A model generated the notes under the pieces. That model was not told the origin of the DNA, did no database searches, and worked only from the letters and a program-made list of their open reading frames with translations. Made by a program: the position numbers and the translations under genes. Source: Pelagomonas calceolata (lineage: Eukaryota). Taken from it: a stretch of DNA of 64,000 bases. The stretch covers positions 3,100,001 through 3,164,000 of the forward strand of contig CAKKNE010000006.1 of assembly GCA_918797485.1 (NCBI GenBank), in the 5' to 3' direction. Positions 48,401-59,605 of the stretch are shown here, in pieces; positions within the stretch are counted from its first letter, which is position 1; the number at the start of each line of letters is the position of its first letter.

Positions 48401-51122
48401 CGCGGCGGGCACCGTCGAACGCGCCGCACTTCACTTTTGGTTTCGATCTAATCGCATTTCGCTGGAGCTCGATGAAACGGATCGAGTCGAGGCCCTCAAA
48501 GGTCCGGGGCTCGAGTTCGTCGATCTTATTGTTCTTCAAGTAAAGTTTTTCGAGGTTCGGGAGCCCTTTGAAGGCTCCCGGGCGGATCTCGGTGATGCCC
48601 TTGTTACTAAGGTAGAGTTCTTCGACGAACGCATTCACGTTTAGTCCGTCCACCAAGGTCAACGACTCCGCTTCGGCGAACACGTCGCAATTATGGAGGA
48701 CGCCATCAGCGTCGCATTCACACGGCTGGCACGTCGAGAACACAGCGTTACCGGAAAGGTAGAGCATGGTCGAGCCGACGACGCATCCGGCCGTAATAAC
48801 AAAGTACGCGGCAGCGCCCCAGCGCGGGAGGCGGCCGTGTTCGGCCGCCACAGCCGCGCGCGTCTGCGGCCCCGTATCCGTTTCCGGCGCAGAAAATAGG
48901 ACTAGGGCTCCGTGAGCGACGAGAGCGAAACTCAAGAACACGGGGCTGGCGCCGGCCCAGAATATCGCTATGTAAACCGGACCGAGGCCGAGGGCCGGCA
49001 TCCACGTCGAGAACGACGGCCGCCCGGCGGCGCGCGCCGCCAGCGGCAACGTTAGACTCATCACAAAGAAGAACGCGGTAGCAGTGATCTGCAGCTCGAG
49101 GCCAATCGCACAGATTGCCACGCACCACGAGGCGACGCACGTGACGACGAGCGCCACATACAGCTGCGGCGCGTATTTGCGGGCTGATACGGCCCCGTCG
49201 CCGGCCGCGCCCGGTGCCGCGGCCGCGCCTTCCTCATCGTTTGGTACTTTGTCTGACGCACCCGACGCCGTCGCGACGGCTACTTTTCGCAGCGCCCGCC
49301 GTTCTTCCGCCGCGCTCTCTAGCACCGATATGACAAAATGAGCGTGGAGCATGGGAAATAGGTTGCTAGTGTACTCAATTGGGTCGTGAGGTATGATCAT
49401 GGGCTGGCTCCGGACGCCCAGCGCGAGAAATACGAATGGCACGAGGGCGTAGATGACGTCGAGCACCGTGTCAGCAATAAATGAGAAGTTCCGCTGATAG
49501 AATACGTGCCGCGACCGCAGAAGGAAGGTTGGGTAGAGGACGTTTACCAACAGCGCCGCGAAGAAAAATATCACGAACGCGTGCAGGAAGGAAGCGCTCC
49601 GGCCCTCGCTCATGGCCTTCCCGAAGCTTTTTGTACAGGTGGCCCGCAGGCAGTCGAAGGGCGACGACCAGATGAGGAATAGCGGTATTTTTCCGTAGGA
49701 CTGCAGGAACACCTCGAAGATTTGGAAGCAGAAGATCTTCCAGACAAACAGCGTGCCGTCGTAGCCGAAGTAGCGCTCGTAGAGCATCGCGACGCGCGTC
49801 TTCTCGTGCCGCTGCTGCCGCGCCTTTTCGCCAAAGAAACCGGCGGCGCGACACAATAGATAGGCATTCGCCCAATACGGCGCGGCCAGAATGAGGCCGT
49901 ACACCCGCAGTAAGACGTAGGGTGGACCGAACCCGCGCGTCGGTAACAGGTCCGCCCGCTTGACGATGAGATTGGCGCCTTTGAGCACGAACGCGTCGAC
50001 GTAGAGCCAGCCGATCACGACGCTCAGCGCCGCGGGCACCATCCTCGCGACGAGGTAGGTGACGCCCTGGCGGCGCACTGAGGCCGTGCAGGTGGTGTTC
50101 TCGACCGGCGGCTCGAGCACGCCCATCAAGTCCATCTCTCGTGCATACTCATAAGCGACGTGCTGCCGTTCGGCGATGGACAGGATCGCCCGGAGGTGAA
50201 TCTGCAACTCGGCGATGAATCCATGGTAGAGAAGGCTGACATTGACGTCGCGATACCCCGACGGCGTCGGATGCCCCCGAAACCGGTTCTTGATTTGGAG
50301 CACTTTCACGGTGCCGGCCGCCTCGAGAGCCCTCAGCTCATCTCCGAGCGTCTGTAACTCGGCCACCGTCTCGCACACGATCGAGGCCCGCAACACGTCG
50401 CGCAGGCGCTCGCCCCTGCCGCCGTAATCCACGGCGACCTTCTCGCGCGCGCGAAACAACTTTTTGAGCTGCGAGGTCTTGGTCTCGCGCGATGCCTCTG
50501 TCGGTGCTCGGCCCGCCCGCGCCAGGCGCTCGACGACTTCCACCTCGAAGCTAGCGAGCCGCGCGCGCGCCAGGACATACAGGCGCCGCAGCTCAGACGT
50601 CGACTGCACGAGCTGCTCATCTTCGCGTGCCTGGGGCTCCGGCCCCGCGTCGGCGTCTTCCACGCCTTCGAGGCACGCTTTAGTGGCCGTGTCGAAGAGC
50701 TTGCTGATCTTGTCGACGTCCTCGATCGTGACCACGGTGCCGCGGATCGTCGGGATCAAGTAGAGCACCGCGACGACGTAGAGCACGAGCGCGGCGATCC
50801 AGGCGGGCGCCGCGGTGGCGACGCTCTTGGTGAGGAACCAGAAGAATACGATGAGCCCCGTCGAGCCGACGAACACCGAGAGTACGAGCCGGTCGCTGGT
50901 CTCGAAGTAGCTCATCACGAGCGTCACCAGCGCGAGATAAGACCGCCGCTGCAGCCGCCCGGTCTTCGCGGCGACGGCAGAGTTGAGCCAGCCGGCGGAG
51001 CACGCCGAGCAGTAGCCGCTCTCATTGCCGTGGAACGCTCCGCAGCGGCCACATGGGTACGGCGCCTCGGCAGCCTCCGCCTCGTCCAGCAGCGGGGATT
51101 TCACGCTGCCCCCCTCCGCCAT
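45432..51122 (-). CDS. Receptor-like protein: A20-like zinc finger, TM helices, RelA/SpoT-like NTase, multipass TM block, LRR, C-type lectin and further Cys-rich ectodomains
   Basis: 1896-aa intronless ORF. NTase motifs LKKLFRAREK, LRDVLRAS, KNRF, GYRDVNV, AELQIHL, HVAYE. LRR LEKLYLKNNKIDEL. CTL SWNDAKKYC...HLVTIRS...FWIG...WKW...FVCE. Confidence 0.85.
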   Translation of the reverse strand: MAEGGSVKSPLLDEAEAAEAPYPCGRCGAFHGNESGYCSACSAGWLNSAVAAKTGRLQRRSYLALVTLVMSYFETSDRLVLSVFVGSTGLIVFFWFLTKSVATAAPAWIAALVLYVVAVLYLIPTIRGTVVTIEDVDKISKLFDTATKACLEGVEDADAGPEPQAREDEQLVQSTSELRRLYVLARARLASFEVEVVERLARAGRAPTEASRETKTSQLKKLFRAREKVAVDYGGRGERLRDVLRASIVCETVAELQTLGDELRALEAAGTVKVLQIKNRFRGHPTPSGYRDVNVSLLYHGFIAELQIHLRAILSIAERQHVAYEYAREMDLMGVLEPPVENTTCTASVRRQGVTYLVARMVPAALSVVIGWLYVDAFVLKGANLIVKRADLLPTRGFGPPYVLLRVYGLILAAPYWANAYLLCRAAGFFGEKARQQRHEKTRVAMLYERYFGYDGTLFVWKIFCFQIFEVFLQSYGKIPLFLIWSSPFDCLRATCTKSFGKAMSEGRSASFLHAFVIFFFAALLVNVLYPTFLLRSRHVFYQRNFSFIADTVLDVIYALVPFVFLALGVRSQPMIIPHDPIEYTSNLFPMLHAHFVISVLESAAEERRALRKVAVATASGASDKVPNDEEGAAAAPGAAGDGAVSARKYAPQLYVALVVTCVASWCVAICAIGLELQITATAFFFVMSLTLPLAARAAGRPSFSTWMPALGLGPVYIAIFWAGASPVFLSFALVAHGALVLFSAPETDTGPQTRAAVAAEHGRLPRWGAAAYFVITAGCVVGSTMLYLSGNAVFSTCQPCECDADGVLHNCDVFAEAESLTLVDGLNVNAFVEELYLSNKGITEIRPGAFKGLPNLEKLYLKNNKIDELEPRTFEGLDSIRFIELQRNAIRSKPKVKCGAFDGARRDGAGIHVRVDRDELFCSEYRHIPHITPCSCYGIPDQCTTVTDEQLDSYYVPEGIELSWNDAKKYCESPWVRASGSAHLVTIRSEADLDAMNELMGCRDFWIGYDRQGGDGSWKWTSGDATTFSEWYKRPGASQGFDCAYQSTLGQWHATFCDMEVRHPFVCELAEGSAWTWPTPQPTTVAPSVSPKPTMDLDLPLALAIDGTKDTFYYDAPLWTNDELLDEGGESKTDAFFTPSTTFTVLMRTGSEERTLIIELSHPKSLKELFAGGYTKTSASLEEWRGLVPNAGYQENCNRQGFNVAADGCYVEVSDYSCRLRLGIWFNELENCMSSDSFLGLGATKWSSGAVCNAKHQLEGALGHCRDEPSFTRIYVGGVTAPPTFSPEPSRAPTTAVPTSSLAPTSSLPVQTIACGETRTGSTVHEAHWLSGNDAPDHFYLITPSETAYYHFSTCGSSFDTMLYLYQVQDSSTLDTCLRAPAPGAGHANVLGTWNDKGWETCVFKSPSSSREFENVWTRGPLDAGETYVLQVTGHADQECWEDNERGASAAGDYVLSVECADEPVDEWCADFDWCEDKELGEEGTGFCNEWGNDLDGYCETDEDCEAKSSCYADCAATPGCDQPFLMCEEGVCDSYILDERCDGQDDDFHLGDGYSCWSDDEGTGWRKAHCSMFARMDPPDYSSLDLSFRARDCYDYTEGPHVEYLTEMFLPASTPQDCLNQCAGMTWSKAAIISGDGSLCECVGGEIQKCYLRPVGTPHTIDALTGSKTVCYTRDVDLGGVEYQGTCTSDNPCEGRCQSGFYTMECLDNGHMWHGERCDSCDNSGCDPYDLTVAMGGFPRCNPATGSWGWDNDLDGTIDECEGVWTCGYHETCQGVTDGSCELSGDITSSLSGTTNHGDAGWCYSDLDQDMGCAASPVDCWNICIDEFGDALVAIDWWEDDGWCFCQDDCQCVSDAGWGGYIIARDSAVAALPDACSDDDDGYYYGDDDAPGGC

Positions 51123-51503
51123 AAAGCTGCCTTCCTCACTGGTTATTCGTGGATAGCAAGCAGATGTTCATATTCGATGTCTCGCGACACTGGTGCCAAT
51201 ATCTGTGCGCGGTTTTACGCAGCTGTCTTTTAATCCCAAACTCTAAAATCTGCCCAGGTATCCTGAGTAAGATAGTTAGCCCACCGATCCCTCCTGCTTT
51301 GCGCTTACTCCATGCTGGTGTTGGGAGGTGTCTAGCAGTATACGCCTCGGTACAAGCACGACGTCCAACGGGTACAATCTGGTAGAGTTACGAGGGATAG
51401 ACGCGTCCCGGACTCGTCAATCAGCTCGTCAATCCCTACAGTACGCCGTTTTGACGCACTGGAGTCCGTGCTAAAGGGGCTAGCTCACTATTCAAAACAA
51501 AAA

Positions 51504-53069
51504 CTACTCATCCACAAACAGCAGCTCCCCGCGCGCGATCAGCTTCGGCGGATCCGCCGCGCGCGTCGGCCGGCCCGCGTGCGGTTGGCGGTGCGGGAAC
51601 ACCAGCAGCGCGCCGCGCTCGGGGTAGACCTCGTCGAGCACGGCGGCGCCGGCGCGGACGTCAGACAGCATCGCCGTCGCGCCGCCATTGGCGCAGGTCC
51701 GCAAGTAGAGGACCCACGTGTGCGTCGTCGCGGCGGCGGTCCCGTCGAGGCACTCCGCCGCCGGCTTCGACAGGTCCACGTGCGGGGCCATCTCGCTGTC
51801 GGCGCGGACGTACTCGACGAACTTGCCGCGCGGCGCGACACGCGCAGTCGGTAAAGCCCGGCGCACGAGCGCGTCGAGCCACCGGTGCGCGTCGACGAAG
51901 TGCCGCCGCTCCAGGCCACACTGGAGCTTGGCGGCCTTTGCGACCGGCAGCGACGCGTGCAATCGCGCGAGCGATTCGACCTCCGCCGCCGAGCAGCAGC
52001 CGCGCACGTAAGTAACACCGGGCGCGCGCTCCTCGACGCGTAGGTCGGCGGGCGCCGGGCCGGGCGCCAGCCGCGCCGCGTCGACGGCGGCGACGTCTCC
52101 GCGGGGCGGCGCCACGGCGCTCGACCGACCCAGGTCCGCGCCGGCGGTCCGCAGGACGTCCAAAAAGGCCGTCTGCCCCGCGAGCGCCGCCGCGAGCGCC
52201 GCCGAGCCGCCCTGCTCGTCGAGCGCGTCGACGTCGCACCCGTCGCCGATCAGCATGCGCTTCAGGCGCGCCACGTCGCCGCGCCGCGCCGCCGCGAAGA
52301 GCGCGTCCGTGATGCGCGTCCGGATTTTGTCGCTCAGGCGCGCGAAGTTCTGGCGCGCCTGGTCCGCCGTCCCCGACACGTCGGCGTCGAGCTCGCGCGC
52401 GCGCGTCACCGGCGCCGGTACGTCGCCGCCGCCGCACGCGGGACACGGTACGAACGCGCCGTAGGGCCGCCGCACCGCGAGGTGGGCGAAGAGGCCCTCG
52501 CCGGCCACGGCGCAGCCGCAGCCGACCCACCACCGCTTCCGCTGGGCTTCCTCGAGCCTCCGCCACGCGAAGCCTCTGGCCTTCGCGCGCGTCGGCAACG
52601 CGTCGCCCTCCTCGTTCGCGTGGCCGTCGAGCTCCACGACAACCTCGGGCGCCGCCTCGGCGAACCGCGCCGCCAGCACAAGACACCGGCTCGCCTCCTG
52701 CACCGGGAGCTGCGTGAGCGACTCCATGTCCACGTTCTCGCCGTCGCAGGGCCAGCAGGCGAGCGAAGCGCCGCCCCGCAGCAGCATCCCCACGATGCGC
52801 TCGCGGCCTCGCAACGACGCGTAGCGCAGGAGCGAGAGCGTCCCGTCGTTATTCGTGCGCGAGACCCAGGCCGGCGCCGGCGCGCCGCCGTCGAGCTGCA
52901 GCCGCGCGAGCCGCTCGATGCCGAAGGCCTGCGACCGCTTCTTGTCGATCGCCGTCACGAACTCACGTTGCGTCGCGGCGTCGGGCGCCTGGCGAGCTGT
53001 AGCACCAGACTGCACCTCCCACCAGGCCTGGCGTCGTCGCCTGAAGCGTGCGCTTTCGCGGCGGCCCAT
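51504..53069 (-). CDS. Ankyrin + 2OG-Fe(II) oxygenase protein
   Basis: LFAAARRGDV ankyrin repeat; PHVD...WVLYL...GGAT...LVFPH...HAG...KLIARGEL. Confidence 0.8.
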   Translation of the reverse strand: MGRRESARFRRRRQAWWEVQSGATARQAPDAATQREFVTAIDKKRSQAFGIERLARLQLDGGAPAPAWVSRTNNDGTLSLLRYASLRGRERIVGMLLRGGASLACWPCDGENVDMESLTQLPVQEASRCLVLAARFAEAAPEVVVELDGHANEEGDALPTRAKARGFAWRRLEEAQRKRWWVGCGCAVAGEGLFAHLAVRRPYGAFVPCPACGGGDVPAPVTRARELDADVSGTADQARQNFARLSDKIRTRITDALFAAARRGDVARLKRMLIGDGCDVDALDEQGGSAALAAALAGQTAFLDVLRTAGADLGRSSAVAPPRGDVAAVDAARLAPGPAPADLRVEERAPGVTYVRGCCSAAEVESLARLHASLPVAKAAKLQCGLERRHFVDAHRWLDALVRRALPTARVAPRGKFVEYVRADSEMAPHVDLSKPAAECLDGTAAATTHTWVLYLRTCANGGATAMLSDVRAGAAVLDEVYPERGALLVFPHRQPHAGRPTRAADPPKLIARGELLFVDE

Positions 53070-53386
53070 ATTGCAGCTTGCAGTTTTTGCAGTACGTAGT
53101 TATTTCTCGCGAGGGTTCGTGGGCTGCAGAGCACGACTCTGGCAAAGCTATCTGCTGAATGGCGATGCTGATTGCTGCATAAACTAGCTACATGTAGCTC
53201 GCTCGACCAAAAGCTGAAAATTAAGTGTGTTTACGCTAGGGCATTAACTCTCGCGTGGTCGACTCGTACGAGGCCTACACGGCACATCGTGCAGTCCAGA
53301 CGCCGCAGCCAGTCGAATACGGTTTTTACCCATCGCTGCGGGTGCCCAAGCCAACTCCGGCTCAAGACGAAGGCCAAAAAAACGCC

Positions 53387-55012
53387 ATGCGCAGCACCAT
53401 GGTCATGATGCTCTCGGCGCGCGCGGCCGCGCTCACGGGCCGTGCCTTACGACCCGCGCCGCGGACGCTAGTAAGAGCCGCACCCGTCTCGTCGTCGACG
53501 CCGTCGCAGAACCTCCTCCAGCGCCTGCAGGGCGTCGCCGAGGACGCGCTCAAGGTCGCGCAGGAGACGGGTCCCCGCGCCGCGCTGGCGCGCACGGTCC
53601 AGGGCCAGCGCGCCGTCCTCGAGACGCTCCTCGAGTTAAGGACTGAATTACCAGCCCCGCCGCCGCCCGCGACGATCCTCAAGGCGACGCAGGACGCGCA
53701 ACGAGCCGCCGCGAGTGGTGGCGACGCCGCCACGGCCTTCGCCACACCTTTGTTGGAGTGGGGCCGCGAGAACGTGCCTCCGGAGCTCGCCCCTCGCATT
53801 GCGAGGAAGCTCGCCGAAAGACTAGGAGCAACTTATGTGAAACTCGGCCAATTCGTGGCGTCGTCGCCGACCTTGTTTCCGGCGGAATTCGTGCGCGAAT
53901 TCGAGAACACGTTGGACGCCGTGCCGGCGATTTCGTATGAAGAAGTTAAAAAAGTTGTGGAGAGCGAACTCGGACCTCTTTCAGACATGTATGCGACGTT
54001 CGATCGGGAACCGGTGGCGGCCGCAAGTGTCGCGCAAGTCCATAGAGCGACCCTCAAAGATGGTAGAACTGTAGCAGTCAAGGTGTTGCGACCGGGCGTC
54101 GACAACCTCCTGAAAGCTGATTTAGGATTCTTAGAGGTCGCGGGCAAGGTCACGGAGGCCATCGCCCCGACGTTCGCCCGCGTGTCGCTGGCGAACGTCC
54201 TCGCGGACTTGCGGTCTACCATGCTTGATGAGTTAGATTTACGCAAGGAAGCCGACAATCTGGAAGTGTTTGACAAGTGGTTAGTTGAATCACAATTGGA
54301 CGGCGTCGCGACGTGCCCGCTACCGGTGAGAGAAGCTTGTTCGGAACGAGTGCTGACCATGGACTTTCTCGATGGCGTTGCTTTAACCGATTTGGATGCG
54401 TTACGTAAGATGTACGGTCAAGATTTCGATGCGGAACGAACACTATTAAATGCGCTGAATACGTGGTCGCTGGGAGTACTCAGTTGTGATTTCTTTCACG
54501 CGGACGTGCATGCTGGTAATCTCCTGGCCATGGAGGACGGGCGCGTGGCCTTTCTGGACTTTGGGATTGTGGGTCGAGTGCCTCCCAGAATCTGGACAGC
54601 ATTAAGGGATGCTGGTGCTTCTGTCGCGGCGGAAGATTATAAAGGCTTGGCCCAGGCGCTTTGTGACATGGGCGCCGCCGATTCGGTAGATATCGACCAG
54701 TTCGCGACGGATCTGGAAGCCTTGATCAAGTCGCTGGACGACGTGAACCCGCAGATCGCTCTCCAGGAGGCGGAGGGCGGCGTGGCTGCACAAATCGCGG
54801 TGGACGATTCGGAAATAACCGAGGTGCTGTTGAAGCTCGTGCAGCTCACGGAGCGCAACGGCATCAAGCTGCCGCGGGAGTTCGGGTTGCTCGTGAAGCA
54901 GGCTTTGTATTTTGATCGTTATACCAAGTTATTGGCGCCGGACCTGGACCTCGTGCGGGACGACCGCGTCGTGGGGTTTGACGATCAAAGGGCGGGGGCG
55001 ATCGACGTTTGA
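53387..55012 (+). CDS. ABC1/UbiB atypical kinase, probably organellar
   Basis: LGATYVKLGQ, AAASVAQVH, VAVKV, FFHADVHAGN and FLDFGIVG. Confidence 0.92.
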   Translation: MRSTMVMMLSARAAALTGRALRPAPRTLVRAAPVSSSTPSQNLLQRLQGVAEDALKVAQETGPRAALARTVQGQRAVLETLLELRTELPAPPPPATILKATQDAQRAAASGGDAATAFATPLLEWGRENVPPELAPRIARKLAERLGATYVKLGQFVASSPTLFPAEFVREFENTLDAVPAISYEEVKKVVESELGPLSDMYATFDREPVAAASVAQVHRATLKDGRTVAVKVLRPGVDNLLKADLGFLEVAGKVTEAIAPTFARVSLANVLADLRSTMLDELDLRKEADNLEVFDKWLVESQLDGVATCPLPVREACSERVLTMDFLDGVALTDLDALRKMYGQDFDAERTLLNALNTWSLGVLSCDFFHADVHAGNLLAMEDGRVAFLDFGIVGRVPPRIWTALRDAGASVAAEDYKGLAQALCDMGAADSVDIDQFATDLEALIKSLDDVNPQIALQEAEGGVAAQIAVDDSEITEVLLKLVQLTERNGIKLPREFGLLVKQALYFDRYTKLLAPDLDLVRDDRVVGFDDQRAGAIDV

Positions 55013-55223
55013 TGATCGCGGTGACGGCGTCGATAGTGGATATATCTTGTTTTGTGTGCAATCCATTTTCTTGGCAGCCATCCGAGCTAGCGCCTGTAAG
55101 ACACTAGCCACCTGCTGTGAGAGCCAAGCGGCGTGTGACACCGCCAGGAGCGCGTTACGTGCAGCTCGTCTGTTCGTTGCTCCACAGCAGCCGTGAGGCG
55201 TAAGCGCACAACTTGAGCAACGT

Positions 55224-56377
<1,154 letters not shown>

Positions 56378-56725
56378 TCAGATAGCGATGCGACCGTCCG
56401 CCGAACCTCTGAGGACGACAGGGCACGCTACGCTGCGCTTCGACAGCCGAGTAAAAATGCGAGCTAGCGTCTCTAGGATACTAGCAAGCAAGCAGAAGCG
56501 TAACGAAACGCGTCCGTGGCCGCCGCCAGGCATCCCTCCGACCCCTCCAGAGACAGATCGCCGCGCAAAACCCGGGCCTCAAACCAAAATCAGCGCAAGA
56601 GAGGGCTGGGCAAAGCGCAGCCCGCCGTGCGCACGATGACGGGCAGCCCACGGCCCCCCGAGCGCTAGGGCGCCCACCGACCCATCACCCGGCACCGGGC
56701 ACACCACCAGCACCAGGGGGCAGCC

Positions 56726-59218
56726 ATGCCCACCTCCCTGCCCCGCCTCACGCCGGCGCGCCAGAGCACGGTCAGCACGCTCGGATCGTTAGTAAGCCGC
56801 GCGAGGCAAGCCATCCAGCCCCCGAAGGCGAAAACCAAACGAGAACAGCAGAAGGAGGAGCTCTTTTCGCACTACGTCCTCAACAAGGACCCGGAAGCGT
56901 CCAAGTACATGCCCTACGACGAAGTAGCGTATCCCTCGTTAGTAAGGAAAGCTAGAGATGTGGGGGAACTCCAGGAAAGCGCGCCCCAGGAGCTGGAGCA
57001 TTTATATTTTGCCGGCCACTTGGACTACCTGCGGAGGACGGAGCAGAAGCGCGTCCAGGCCTCGTTCAAGCCGTTTTTAGCTCCACCTGGTGGCAGGATG
57101 CTGCCCGGCGCGGCCCTCGAGATGCGCAAGCATAGTGAGAGGCAACGGAGCGTCGCCAGACGAGAAGCCGCGCAGCAGAAGCGGGATAACGAGCGGGACT
57201 TTCTTGGTTTTCGTAAGAAGCCGCATTTGTTACGACAGAGTAAACCGGAGACTACAGAGTTATCAGATCTGGGCAAGTCGCTCTCGGAGCACGAGGAACT
57301 AAGGCTGAGGCACCTGGCCTCTTCCCTACTATTTGACGATAAGAAGCAGAACCCTTATGAGCGAGCGAATCGGTCGTTGAGGAGGGCCATCCGCAAGCGG
57401 AAACCAAGGCGAGTGGTCGCGTCGTTGTCGGTGGCACACGTCGGCGACGCCGTCGATCGGTATCGCGAGGAGGCTCGCGCTCAGCGAGTTATAGGAAGAG
57501 CCTTCCGCATCTTCGTGAAGCGGAGGAGGTTAGAAAGACGATTAGAACAAAACAGAGTTGTGGTGTCCTTACAAGCTGCGATGCGCGGGGTCATTGCTCG
57601 GAAACTCGTGGCCGTGTGGTACCGCAAGTTGGTGATCGTAACCATAAAATGGCAGGCGCGCATTCGACGCGCGTTATGTCAATTGCATCTTAAGAGGAGG
57701 TGGATTCACGAGCGGCGTTTATATGTTGTGATCCACAGCGCCGTGCGCATGTTTCTGGGGAAGTGTAGGGTGCGACGACGACGCTTCGACACGTGCGCCC
57801 GGCACATCCAATCTTTATGGAGAGGTTCTCGCGCGAGGTGCGTCGCCGACCGGACGTGGCTGGAATCAGTCGTCATACCCATCCAGAAGCAGGCTAGAGG
57901 CATGCGAAGTCGTAGTCGGTACGCGAAGATCCGGGAGGAGGTCTACGCGGCGACGTTGAGGATTTCGAGGTGTTACCGCGGCTACTCCGGGCGGCGAGAC
58001 CGGAACAAGGCCTTGTATGAGCGGGAGTCGGGCGACCTGCGGGACTTACTCGCTCTATTGGGTAGTGAAGCCCAGGCCATGCAAGATAGGGCAAAAAGAA
58101 CGGAAAAGCGGATCACGAAAAAGAACTTGCGGGCGAAGCGCGACGCCGCGAAGGATCGGGTCGATTCGCTGGCCGACGAGGTCATCACGATGGAGGCGCG
58201 CTACCTCCTCCTCATCCAGGAGAAGGAACGATTAACACCGAGAGCCATTAGTGGAGGCTACCGCGACGAGATGGACGCGAACATTAGTGAATACCGGCAG
58301 ATCGTCACGAAGCTGAAAACGGAGCTGTTATTTGGGGCGTTGGTCGATCTGCGGGCCTTGGAGGGCGAGATCCGCGAGTCGGAACTAGTCGTGGAGCAGG
58401 CGCAGTTTTTTGCTGAAGAGGCGAACGCGGCGCGCGACGAAGAACTAAGAGCGATCTGGCGGCGGGAGTCGCGCATGAGGCACGACGCCGCGGCCCTCGA
58501 CAAGAGACGGGCCATCGGCGACCAGAAGCGGGCCTGGCGCGTGAAATTCTTCACGGCGAGCGGCAAGCCGAAGAAGCGCGTCCCGAGCAATGATCCGATG
58601 GCCCAGGCGCATACGGGAGTCTACTGCGGGGGCACGGCTAATTTGTTAGCGTTCGAGGACACGGAGAAGCACCGCATCGGCTCCGACGAGGCCCTGGAAG
58701 CCTTAGACGATAAAATTCGGTTGCAGTCGTGGCTCAACCAGGTGGCCCAGGTCGAGCAGCTCTTCGAGCCGCTGGCCGAGCCGCTCCAGCGCATGCATCG
58801 CGCGGCGTCCGATATGAACGATGTGGATGGGCGCGACTTCACGAGGGTGTGCATGGGTGAGGAGGAGGCGCCTCCTCCGGTCGTTGTGGAGGCGCCCGTC
58901 GTGGAGTCGACGGCGCTCGCCGTCGTGCCCGGCTCGCCCGCGGACGAGTCGTACGACTTCTTCGGCGACGCGTCGCGGCCCGAGAGCCCGGCGCGCATCG
59001 CCTGGGAGCCGCCGCCCTCATCAAGGCCGAAGCGCGTCTACATGCCGAAGCGGCGGACGCGGCGGCCGCCCGTGTCGCGCGTGCCCTGGTCATTGCTCGA
59101 CGAGCTCGACGCGGAGAAGGAGAAGTTCGCCATGCAGCAGGTCGGCGACACGTTCAAGGACCGCTTCGAGGCGGCCGACGCGAAGAAGAAGCGCGTCCGC
59201 CAGCGGTTCGTCGAGTAA
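56726..59218 (+). CDS. IQ-motif, coiled-coil protein
   Basis: LQAAMRG, WQARIRR, IQSLWRG and IQKQARG repeats followed by coiled coil. Confidence 0.8.
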   Translation: MPTSLPRLTPARQSTVSTLGSLVSRARQAIQPPKAKTKREQQKEELFSHYVLNKDPEASKYMPYDEVAYPSLVRKARDVGELQESAPQELEHLYFAGHLDYLRRTEQKRVQASFKPFLAPPGGRMLPGAALEMRKHSERQRSVARREAAQQKRDNERDFLGFRKKPHLLRQSKPETTELSDLGKSLSEHEELRLRHLASSLLFDDKKQNPYERANRSLRRAIRKRKPRRVVASLSVAHVGDAVDRYREEARAQRVIGRAFRIFVKRRRLERRLEQNRVVVSLQAAMRGVIARKLVAVWYRKLVIVTIKWQARIRRALCQLHLKRRWIHERRLYVVIHSAVRMFLGKCRVRRRRFDTCARHIQSLWRGSRARCVADRTWLESVVIPIQKQARGMRSRSRYAKIREEVYAATLRISRCYRGYSGRRDRNKALYERESGDLRDLLALLGSEAQAMQDRAKRTEKRITKKNLRAKRDAAKDRVDSLADEVITMEARYLLLIQEKERLTPRAISGGYRDEMDANISEYRQIVTKLKTELLFGALVDLRALEGEIRESELVVEQAQFFAEEANAARDEELRAIWRRESRMRHDAAALDKRRAIGDQKRAWRVKFFTASGKPKKRVPSNDPMAQAHTGVYCGGTANLLAFEDTEKHRIGSDEALEALDDKIRLQSWLNQVAQVEQLFEPLAEPLQRMHRAASDMNDVDGRDFTRVCMGEEEAPPPVVVEAPVVESTALAVVPGSPADESYDFFGDASRPESPARIAWEPPPSSRPKRVYMPKRRTRRPPVSRVPWSLLDELDAEKEKFAMQQVGDTFKDRFEAADAKKKRVRQRFVE

Positions 59219-59605
59219 GTTTACTGGTCTTGTGAATCCGAGTCGCGCGCGCTGCGCCCGGCCTCGCGGAGCCGCGACCTCCACGTATCACCGTGGAGCG
59301 GCTTCCACGTCGTCGCGGCAGGCCTGGGGCCGCGGCGGACCCGGCCGGCGGGACGCGAGCCGACGGTGCCGCAGAAACGGCAGATACAGCAGATTGCAGA
59401 TTGGCCCAGTCTGCCTCAGATTGAGATTGAGAGAGAACGAACGACCGCGGCGCCGGCGCCCGCCGCGAGCGGGCGCGCGCGCGGCAACCTCGCTGCTCCT
59501 CCGAGGTCGCCCGACGCGGCCCGCGGCCGCGAGGTAGCGCTACCTCCTGGTGAGCTAGCGCGAGGTAGCTCACCTCCGAGGAGCGTGTCGCGCCAGGGCT
59601 GCCCC

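Noticed and set aside
53255..53386. N-terminal extensions in the ORF track (also 1333, 6463, 8294, 14611, 20946, 30681 and 36493)
   Set aside because: They rely on GTG/TTG starts, which are not expected in a eukaryote; downstream ATGs coincide with the onset of codon bias.
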